Part shown: positions 56,710 through 64,000 of the stretch, piece after piece
Position numbering within the stretch: position 1 is the stretch's first letter
Layout: the number at the start of each line of letters is the position of its first letter
From: Rhodospirillales bacterium
GTDB taxonomy: Bacteria; Pseudomonadota; Alphaproteobacteria; Rhodospirillales; UBA2165
DNA: 64,000 bases
Assembly: GCA_046582495.1 (NCBI GenBank)
Contig: JAYGEG010000099.1
Location: 1,858 to 65,857, forward strand
Direction: 5' to 3'
Translations under genes and position numbers: made by a program
Notes under the pieces: model-generated
Seen by the model: only the letters and a program-made list of their open reading frames with translations
Databases searched by the model: none
Told to the model about the DNA's origin: nothing

Positions 56710-57238
56710 AGATATTACCGGCCGGGAGTTTGACGACGAGCTGACCGATTTTTTACGCTGGTTCACCCGCCATCACGGCGAAATCACGGTGCCGGCCAAC
56801 GACGCCATGAGTTTTGTCGGCGGCCATGCGGGTCTGGTCATCTTCAGACGCGGCCAGTTCCAGGTGCAACTCTTTACCGGTGGGCCCAACCTCAACATAC
56901 CGGATCACACACATCCCAACGTCGATTCCTACGAGGTGTTTCTCTACGGCATGCTGTTCACGCTCGAGGGCAAAAGCATAGCGCCGAATGAAAAGGAGAT
57001 GCTGCGCGGCACCCGCGTCTTGCCATGGGACACCTCGGCGCCCTTGCATGCTTATAAATGCATTCGGGTTTTGCCGAACAACAAACATGGCGGCGTGGTG
57101 AGCTCTAAAGGCGGTGCGTTTCTGTCTGTCCAGCAGTGGCTCAATGGCGTCAAGCCGACTTGTGTGACGACCGATTGGGACGGTGAACATATCGACGCCG
57201 GGCATAAAGCTCGCCAGCACGCGGTCGCCGGGAGATAA
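56702..57238 (+). CDS. Cupin-fold hypothetical protein
   Basis: FQVQLF..PN..IPDHTHPNVDSYEV...HGG...GAFLSVQQW; overlaps the upstream stop (translational coupling). Confidence 0.7.
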   Translation: MLKDITGREFDDELTDFLRWFTRHHGEITVPANDAMSFVGGHAGLVIFRRGQFQVQLFTGGPNLNIPDHTHPNVDSYEVFLYGMLFTLEGKSIAPNEKEMLRGTRVLPWDTSAPLHAYKCIRVLPNNKHGGVVSSKGGAFLSVQQWLNGVKPTCVTTDWDGEHIDAGHKARQHAVAGR

Positions 57239-57261
57239 ATGTAAATGAAATTAGTAACCCA

Positions 57262-57375
57262 CCCCTCATCCAACCCTCTCTCATCAAGGGACAGGACGCC
57301 TGCGACTGCAGGTCGCCGCTTATGCGGCGCAGCCAAGCTTACGGAGTAAGCGCCCGGCGTTTGAGGGGACAATAA
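57262..57375 (-). repeat. Structured repeat copy 3 (inverted relative to copy 1)
   Basis: Core 57298-57367 plus degenerate REP-like CCCCTCATCCAACCCTCTC at 57262. Confidence 0.9.
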
Positions 57376-57388
57376 AAAGGAACCAGTT

Positions 57389-57754
57389 GTGAACTCACCA
57401 GACCAAAAGACCAATAACATCGATTATGACCGAGCTTTTGTACCGTCTTTTAAAGCCGGGCTCGGACGGCTCAACTCATCGGAACAGCAATATCTCAAAC
57501 ATCTCATCACCCCCGAGGCTGCCTTTCTTATGGCTAAAGCGTTCGGCCCCGATATGGGCGTGATGTTATGGCCTTTCATCGCCGAAGACACCCCCAAGGC
57601 TTGGGCGATGATCGGAAAAATAGCCCGGCTGAGGATTGACATGGCCTCAGCCCGCTATTCGGCCGCCTGCAATTCTGGGGCTCTCCCCGGGCTCCATACC
57701 AAAACGGGATTGCGGGCGGCTTTGGTTTCATCAAGGCGGCGGCGCGGCGTATAA
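57389..57754 (+). CDS. Small hypothetical protein; 3' end doubtful (runs 100 nt into gcvPB)
   Basis: AAGGAA RBS plus GTG; protein-like core LGRLNSSEQQYLKHLITPEAAFLMAKAFGP. Confidence 0.5.
   Translation: MNSPDQKTNNIDYDRAFVPSFKAGLGRLNSSEQQYLKHLITPEAAFLMAKAFGPDMGVMLWPFIAEDTPKAWAMIGKIARLRIDMASARYSAACNSGALPGLHTKTGLRAALVSSRRRRGV
57616..57658 (-). terminator. Terminator of the gcv operon
   Basis: GGCTGAGG-N10-CCTCAGCC stem right after the gcvPB stop, with AAAAA on its left (U tail on minus strand). Confidence 0.7.
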
Positions 57755-59187
57755 CGCGGTGCCGCCTTGAAATCCTGCGTATTGCCCGACTGTGCCTTCT
57801 CCGCCAAAGCGCGGATCACATCAACAAATTCGTCGAGCGTTTCTTTGCCTTCGGTTTCTGTCGGCTCCATCAAAAGCGCGCCATGAACAACCAGCGGAAA
57901 ATACATCGTCATCGGATGGAAACCTTCATCGATCATCGCTTTGGCAAAATCGAGGGTCGTCACATCGGTGTCTTTGAGAAATCGATCATCGAACAAAACT
58001 TCATGCATGCACGGGCCGTCATAGGACACGGTTAGAAGATCGCTGAGCTTGGCCATCAGATAATTGGCATTGAGCACCGCATCGCTGGAAGCTTGGCGCA
58101 GGCCATCGCTGCCCATCGACAGCATATAAGAGAGCGCCCTGACAAAGACGCCGAACTGACCGTGGAAACCTTTCATGCGTCCGTAGGGTTTTGCATCACT
58201 GGAAAACTCGGCGGCATCGTCTGCCTGCTCGATGAGATCGAAGCCGTCTTTACCGTGCACGACATAGGGAAGCGGCGCGAATGCGGCGAGCGCCTCTGAC
58301 AAGACAACCGGGCCTGCGCCGGGGCCACCGCCGCCATGCGGTGTCGAGAACGTCTTGTGAAGATTAAGATGCATCGCATCAATGCCGAGATCGCCGGGAC
58401 GTACGCGGCCAACAATGGCGTTGAAATTCGCGCCATCGCAATAAACCAAACCGCCAATATCATGGACGGCTTTGGTCATCTCGATAATTTCATCTTCGAA
58501 CAAACCGCAGGTGTTGGGATTGGTCACCATGATTGCCGCAACATCATCGCCGAGCTTGCCTTTGAGCGCGGCTAAATCAACCCGGCCCTGATCGGTCGCC
58601 GGAATGGTTTCGACCTGATAGCCACACATATGCGCACTTGCGGGATTTGTGCCATGCGCTGATTCCGGTACAAGAACGCGGGACCGGGCATCGCCTCTGG
58701 CTTCAAGCGCCGCCCGAATGCTCATCAAGCCGCAAAGTTCACCATGCGCACCCGCAGCAGGCGACATCGCAATCGCCGGCATTCCGGTCAATGTCTTTAG
58801 CCAGTGCGCCGTCATATCCATCAGCTCAAAGGCACCTTGAACGGTCGATTTCGGCTGCAATGGGTGAATGTCGGCAAGGCCGGGCAAGCGCGCCATCTTC
58901 TCGTTGAGACGCGGATTGTGCTTCATCGTGCAGGAGCCGAGCGGATACAGCCCGCCATCAATGGCAAAGTTCTTTTGGCTCAGACGCAGATAGTGGCGAA
59001 CGACTTGCGGCTCCGAGAGGCCGGGCAGGCCAATGGGATTTTTACGCGCCGCATTACCGAGCCGGCTTTCTACATTTGTGATTTCATGAGGATTGGGTAA
59101 ATCAACCGCCGTCATGCCGGGTGAGTTTAGTTCAAAGATCAGCTTTTCTTCGAGTTGAAGACCTCTATTTCCGGTGACTGTACTCAT
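57655..59187 (-). CDS. gcvPB: Glycine dehydrogenase subunit 2
   Basis: YPLGSCTMKHNP, AHGTNPASA, HLNLHKTFSTPHGGGGPG, EPTETE. Confidence 0.97.
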   Translation of the reverse strand: MSTVTGNRGLQLEEKLIFELNSPGMTAVDLPNPHEITNVESRLGNAARKNPIGLPGLSEPQVVRHYLRLSQKNFAIDGGLYPLGSCTMKHNPRLNEKMARLPGLADIHPLQPKSTVQGAFELMDMTAHWLKTLTGMPAIAMSPAAGAHGELCGLMSIRAALEARGDARSRVLVPESAHGTNPASAHMCGYQVETIPATDQGRVDLAALKGKLGDDVAAIMVTNPNTCGLFEDEIIEMTKAVHDIGGLVYCDGANFNAIVGRVRPGDLGIDAMHLNLHKTFSTPHGGGGPGAGPVVLSEALAAFAPLPYVVHGKDGFDLIEQADDAAEFSSDAKPYGRMKGFHGQFGVFVRALSYMLSMGSDGLRQASSDAVLNANYLMAKLSDLLTVSYDGPCMHEVLFDDRFLKDTDVTTLDFAKAMIDEGFHPMTMYFPLVVHGALLMEPTETEGKETLDEFVDVIRALAEKAQSGNTQDFKAAPRYTPRRRLDETKAARNPVLVWSPGRAPELQAAE

Positions 59188-60539
59188 TAAAGGACCCCCT
59201 CTAATGCGTCGATGAGCCGATCCATATCCGAAGGCGTGACGGTTTCGGTCACGGCCAGGATCAATAGATTTTCAAGATCATCATTGCCGGGATAGAGACG
59301 CGAGGCCGGCACACCTGCCAAAATCCCTTGCGCTGCCAAGCGATCAACAATGTCGGCGGCGGGCTTGCTGAGGCGCACCGTAAATTCATTAAAAAACGTG
59401 TCATTTATGACGTCGACACCTGACAGGGCATCAAGCCTGTCGGCCAGCTCAATGGCCTTGGCGTGGTTGAGATGGGCAAGCCGCGTAAAGCCCGCTTCGC
59501 CCAGCAATGTCATATGGATCGAAAATGCCAAGGCGCAAAGCCCCGAATTCGTGCAAATGTTGCTGGTCGCTTTTTCCCGGCGGATGTGTTGTTCGCGCGT
59601 CGACAGCGTCAGCACCCAGCCGCGTTTGCCTTCAATATCTTCGGTTTCACCGGCCAGGCGTCCCGGCATCTGGCGGAGGTGCTTTTCGCGCACCGCAAAT
59701 AGACCAACATGAGGCCCGCCAAAATTGAGCGCATTGCCTATGGATTGGCCTTCTGCGGCAACAATATCGGCGCCCATATCACCCGGTGCCATAACCGCGC
59801 CCAAAGACACAATTTCTGTAACAACAACAACCAGTAGCGCGCCCTTTTCATGGCAGGCTTCTGCCAATTGGGAGTGATTTCGAACCTGTCCGAAGAAGCT
59901 CGGATTTTGGACAATCACGCAGGCTGTATCGTCATCTATCTGCGCGGCGAGGCTTTCGGAGTTTTCCAAGCCTTCCGGATCAGCAGGATTTGTGACAATT
60001 TTAAGATCTAAAAATTTTGCATTGGTCGCGGTCACTTCACTGTAATGGGGATGTAGCCCACCTGAAATTATGACTTTATTCCGCCGCGTTACCCGGCAAG
60101 CCATCATCGCCGCCTCTGCGGTTCCCGTCGCGCCGTCATAAAGCGATGCGTTCGCAACTTCCATACCGGTGATCATCGCGACCTGGGTTTGGAACTCAAA
60201 CAAAGCCTGTAATGTGCCTTGCGACACTTCGGGCTGATACGGCGTATAGGAGGTTAGAAATTCACTGCGTTGAATGAGATGATCGGCGGAGGCCGGGATG
60301 TGATGGCTGTAATTGCCGGCGCCTAGAAAAAACGGCGCCGCGCCAGCGCCTAAATTCTTCGCCGCCAAGCCGGCAATGATTTGCTCGACCTCCATCTCAC
60401 CCTTTGTTGTGGGCAGATCAACCGGCTTGTCCAGTAATACCTCTTGGGCGACATCTTTATAGAGCGCTTCTATATTTGGCGCGCCAATGGCCGCCAGCAT
60501 TTCCTGCCGATCATCATCAGTGAGAGGCAGATAACGCAT
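59187..60539 (-). CDS. gcvPA: Glycine dehydrogenase subunit 1
   Basis: [40 protein letters not shown]. Confidence 0.97.
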   Translation of the reverse strand: MRYLPLTDDDRQEMLAAIGAPNIEALYKDVAQEVLLDKPVDLPTTKGEMEVEQIIAGLAAKNLGAGAAPFFLGAGNYSHHIPASADHLIQRSEFLTSYTPYQPEVSQGTLQALFEFQTQVAMITGMEVANASLYDGATGTAEAAMMACRVTRRNKVIISGGLHPHYSEVTATNAKFLDLKIVTNPADPEGLENSESLAAQIDDDTACVIVQNPSFFGQVRNHSQLAEACHEKGALLVVVVTEIVSLGAVMAPGDMGADIVAAEGQSIGNALNFGGPHVGLFAVREKHLRQMPGRLAGETEDIEGKRGWVLTLSTREQHIRREKATSNICTNSGLCALAFSIHMTLLGEAGFTRLAHLNHAKAIELADRLDALSGVDVINDTFFNEFTVRLSKPAADIVDRLAAQGILAGVPASRLYPGNDDLENLLILAVTETVTPSDMDRLIDALEGVL

Positions 60540-60916
60540 TAGTCGAGTTCCGCGACATATGCCTTATAAGCAGCTTCATCCATCAGACCATCAAGATCGG
60601 AGACGTTGGTGACTTTGATTTTATAGAACCAGCCATCGCCTTCGGCATCGGTGTTGACCGCCGCCGGATTGTCTTCAAGAGCCTTATTGGCCTCAACGAT
60701 TTCACCATCGACCGGGGCATAGACCTCGGAGGCTGCTTTTACGGATTCAACCACAGCAGCTTCTTCGCCTTTGTTGAAACTGGCACCTGCTTCCCGCACC
60801 TCAACATAGACAACATCGCCGAGCTGACCCTGGGCATAATCTGAAATCCCAACTGTGCCGATATCGCCATCCATGGATATCCACTCATGTTCTTCGGTAA
60901 ATTTTACTGTCGCCAT
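60539..60916 (-). CDS. gcvH: Glycine cleavage H protein
   Basis: [17 protein letters not shown], lipoyl-Lys motif VESVKAAS. Confidence 0.98.
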   Translation of the reverse strand: MATVKFTEEHEWISMDGDIGTVGISDYAQGQLGDVVYVEVREAGASFNKGEEAAVVESVKAASEVYAPVDGEIVEANKALEDNPAAVNTDAEGDGWFYKIKVTNVSDLDGLMDEAAYKAYVAELD

Positions 60917-60934
60917 CTTCTTAATTCCTGTTCT

Positions 60935-62038
60935 TTATCCACGATAATACTTTTGTTCTACAAACGGCATTTTGACCACTTTTGAATTTAAACTTTTACC
61001 TCGGACCGTCAATTGCAGTGTCGTATCAGCGGCTGCATTTTCGATTGTCACATATCCCATCGCTACTGGCCCGCCGACCGTCGGACCAAACCCACCGCTG
61101 GTTACAGTGCCGATTTGAGTGCCAGAAGCGTCGGAAATTTCGGTGTGATCCCGAGCCGGCGCTCGGCCCTCGGGTAGAATTCCAACCCGCCGGCGCGATG
61201 GTTTATGGGTGATTTCGTTGATGATTCGCTCAGCGCCCAAAAATCCGCCTTCTTCCCGGCGGCGTTTGCCTATTGACCACAGCAGTCCAGCTTCGATCGG
61301 TGAGGTGATTTCATCAATATCATGACCATACAGACAAAGCCCTGCTTCCAGGCGCAAGGTATCTCTGGCACCGAGGCCAATCGGTTGAACTTCTGCCTCG
61401 CCCAATAATATTTCAGCAAGCTCAACGGCTTTACCCGCCGTGACAGAAATCTCGTAGCCGTCTTCACCGGTATAACCGGAACGCGATACCAGACACGAGA
61501 TACCGGCGACCTCGACATCTTGCAGGGTCATGAAAGACATCGTCCCGACATCTGCCGCGTGTCGGCTAAGTACATCAGCGGCTTTCGGACCTTGCAGCGC
61601 AATCAAACCCCGATCCTCGAGGATTTCGAGATCAACTTGGTCTCCAATACGATCCTGAATATGGGCAAAGTCCGCATCCTTGCAACCTGCATTCACCACT
61701 AAAAAGAGGTGGTCGCCGCGATTGGTGACCATGAGGTCATCAAGAATTCCGCCGGCTTCATTGGTAAATTGAGTGTAGCGCATCTGGCCTTCACTCAAAC
61801 CGGCAATATCCCCCGGCACCAAGGTCTCAAGAGCCGCGGCCACATCATCGCCGCGCAATATCGCTTGGCCCATATGGCTTACATCGAATAATCCGGCTTG
61901 ATCCCGGGTGTGGCGGTGCTCTGCCAAAATGCCTTCCGGATACTGAACCGGCATATCGTAGCCAGCAAAGGGAACCATTTTAGCGCCGAGGTGAAGATGA
62001 AGATCATGCAGAACCGTGGCGTTTAATGTATCGCTCAT
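60935..62038 (-). CDS. gcvT: Glycine cleavage aminomethyltransferase T
   Basis: FAGYDMPVQY, LFDVSHMG, RSGYTGEDGYE, GLGARDTLRLEAG. Confidence 0.98.
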   Translation of the reverse strand: MSDTLNATVLHDLHLHLGAKMVPFAGYDMPVQYPEGILAEHRHTRDQAGLFDVSHMGQAILRGDDVAAALETLVPGDIAGLSEGQMRYTQFTNEAGGILDDLMVTNRGDHLFLVVNAGCKDADFAHIQDRIGDQVDLEILEDRGLIALQGPKAADVLSRHAADVGTMSFMTLQDVEVAGISCLVSRSGYTGEDGYEISVTAGKAVELAEILLGEAEVQPIGLGARDTLRLEAGLCLYGHDIDEITSPIEAGLLWSIGKRRREEGGFLGAERIINEITHKPSRRRVGILPEGRAPARDHTEISDASGTQIGTVTSGGFGPTVGGPVAMGYVTIENAAADTTLQLTVRGKSLNSKVVKMPFVEQKYYRG

Positions 62039-62622
62039 TATCTGACACCAGGAATCTGTCGTTTTTGCCGATTAAATTTTAATTGTTCGGGCGTTAATTG
62101 AAAGCCGATATAGATTTTTGAGGACGGCCCTTTGCGTGTTTTGGTGATGGGGATTGAAATTTCAACGTCGTCGTCAACGATCCGCATGGTGTTTCTATTG
62201 GGCGGGAATTTTGCCCGTGCAGTAAAGACCTGTCGCCCTTGAGGTTTTGGATAAAACTCCGGCATCGCGATAAAATACCGAACATCGATGATACGGCTTT
62301 TTTCTGCCGGTCCGCGGGAAATATCAAAACCTACTTTGAGGGTGACCTTGACCGAAGAATAAACGCCGTTTTTGCCAATATATTCGCAATCGCCTTTAAA
62401 CCCTTTGAGATCGGCTTCATAGCGAATATCGGTGATATCGCGACCGGGCCCTGAGCGATAGGTCGTTATCGTATCCGTGTCTTTGAGAAGCTGAACTTTT
62501 GGACACGCAGGAATTGGATATTTAGATGCCCACGGATTAAGGTCTTTCGCCGTATCACAGGCTGAGAGCAGTAGTCCAAAGCAAGCGAGAGCGGTTAGGT
62601 TTAAACCATGCCTAACGTTCAT
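62038..62622 (-). CDS. Conserved hypothetical lipoprotein
   Basis: Lipobox LLSAC, ACPKV, IYIGFQLTPEQLKFNR; stop overlaps the gcvT start. Confidence 0.75.
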   Translation of the reverse strand: MNVRHGLNLTALACFGLLLSACDTAKDLNPWASKYPIPACPKVQLLKDTDTITTYRSGPGRDITDIRYEADLKGFKGDCEYIGKNGVYSSVKVTLKVGFDISRGPAEKSRIIDVRYFIAMPEFYPKPQGRQVFTARAKFPPNRNTMRIVDDDVEISIPITKTRKGPSSKIYIGFQLTPEQLKFNRQKRQIPGVR

Positions 62623-62650
62623 CTAACATCGCTCCCGTTCAAATCATTAA

Positions 62651-62893
62651 TCAAAGTGTATTGTGGCTACCATCACAAAATGGTGCGTTTTTAGTTTGCT
62701 TGCAGGCGCAAAGCGCGCGCGATTCGCTCGTCTCAGCAACAAAAACGTTTGGTTTAAATTCACCGGCTTCTTTGTGGGAACCGTTGCAAAACGGTTGCTT
62801 ATCACTCAAGCCACAACTGCACCATGCATATTTTTGACCTTCTTCAAGGTCAACTTTGATAGGTGTTTCTTGTGCTACGACTGCATCACTCAT
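62651..62893 (-). CDS. Tandem CDGSH iron-sulfur protein (MiNT/CISD3-like)
   Basis: WCSCGLS..QPFCNGSH and LCACKQT..APFCDGSH. Confidence 0.93.
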   Translation of the reverse strand: MSDAVVAQETPIKVDLEEGQKYAWCSCGLSDKQPFCNGSHKEAGEFKPNVFVAETSESRALCACKQTKNAPFCDGSHNTL

Positions 62894-62996
62894 GTTAATT
62901 CCTCCGTAATGAGATAATTGATTTTATGAGAGGGACTTTAGTAGAGCAGACCGAGGGCTACAAGGCACTCTATCGTCAAAAAGAGATTAAATGAAC

Positions 62997-64000
62997 TTAG
63001 CGAAATTCATATAAAGTCGCGGCCATTTTGGCCAATGCGCGGGCGCGGCCCCAGGCATTTTCAATTGATTCCGCAATGGCGATTCCTCGATTAAAAGCGT
63101 TCGCCGCCCGATCAACTTGCCCAGCTTGAATGTTTTCCGAGGCAAGATCGCTTAACATCCAAACTTGACTGAGAGTACTGCCAATGGCGTCCGTGGCTTC
63201 GACCGCCAACACCTCTGTTTTTTTGGTTTCTTTGATGAGGCCTTTTTTGGCCTGGGCGGCGGCAACCGACCACAAAGCATATGCGCGCAGACGGTCATTT
63301 TCTATTTCAAGCGCAGTTTCGACGGCTTTTTCAATGTTCGCCGATTTATCTTGGACACCGATATCGATTAGCGACAATGCCAATTGGCCTATCGCATAAG
63401 ACCGTGCATAGGAAAGTTCTATATCAACCGCTTTTGAAAGTGCACGGCGGATGGTGACAACTGCCTTCAGTTTTTGGCCTTTGGCGGATAAGGCGACGGC
63501 TATTCGGCCCATCACAACCGAACTGTATCGCTCATTTTTGATGCGCCGGGCAGTGTTTAAAGCTGCTTTGGTATCGCCTGCTGCGGCTTGTGCGGTCGCG
63601 GCGCTCATTAAAACAGCCGTCTTATCATAAGCGCCGGATACTTCCTTAATGAGCGACAACGCGCGAAGCGGTTGACCGATTTCTGCAAAAGCCGAAGCGA
63701 CATGACGCAGTGCCGCGCCGCGTTCCATCGAAGACAATTGATTTTCAAAATCTTTGGTCCGCGCCAGAACTTGGGCTTGGGTCAACGCCTCTTCGGCACC
63801 CCCAGTATCACCAATCTTGGCCAATACCACTGCCATCTGCGCCAATCAAAGTTACCTGTTGGAGAGGATTTTTAAGTTTGGCCGACAATAGAACTATTTG
63901 CGCTGCGGTTTCATGCGCCCCGTCATGATCTTTATTTTTAAGCTGAATGTCAGCAATTGCTGCAAACGCTTCAAGCCCGTTGGAAGGCACTTGGAATAAC
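62997..64000 (-). pseudogene. TPR-like helical repeat protein, 5' end outside the window, frameshift near 63846
   Basis: Ala-rich helical repeats in both ORF 63808-63990 and ORF 62997-63845; join ACT TTG (A) TTG GCG CAG. Confidence 0.65.

Noticed and set aside
54872-57375. CRISPR array or autonomous IS element
   Set aside because: Only two full and one partial copy, inverted, with no spacer periodicity, no cas or transposase gene, and no target-site duplication identified
54860-57650. Intact prophage or polymorphic toxin-immunity locus
   Set aside because: No integrase, structural or secretion genes; the C-terminal domain has no toxin motif I recognise and the downstream gene is a cupin

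Overview
64 kb of core chromosome from an alphaproteobacterium (Rhodospirillales-like gene order, roughly 50% GC by eye). 1-25.2 kb is the complete minus-strand dcw cluster (mraZ through ftsZ-lpxC-bamD-recN-ligA) with one inserted methyltransferase and a 10-bp-periodic TGGG array upstream of mraZ. The rest holds a UDP-glucuronate decarboxylase, a degenerate EAL protein, a SYLF lipoprotein, glnS, a Rid protein, a broken MASE1/CHASE/PAS sensor, a MarR-Rieske oxygenase-GS-like-PhyH-cupin catabolic cluster, mtnPA, a cyclophilin, petABC, trmL, hemF, a MoxR/DUF58/BatA operon, DUF1285-Nudix-DUF6111-cca, gcvTHPaPb, a CDGSH protein and a frameshifted TPR-like gene at the right edge. The most unusual part is a 2.8-kb insert between cca and gcvPB. 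It contains a decayed low-complexity protein carrying a complete intein-like Hint domain (C...HN/S) fused to an unknown 'IICAELHRQG' domain, then a cupin and a small ORF. Two full, inverted copies of a 70-bp three-hairpin repeat with compensatory base changes bracket the Hint gene and cupin, and a third partial copy abuts the truncated 5' end of the Hint gene. The cca gene has an N-terminal membrane-anchor-like extension and an in-frame TGA at a conserved Arg. All family calls come from motif recognition only; no searches were run.
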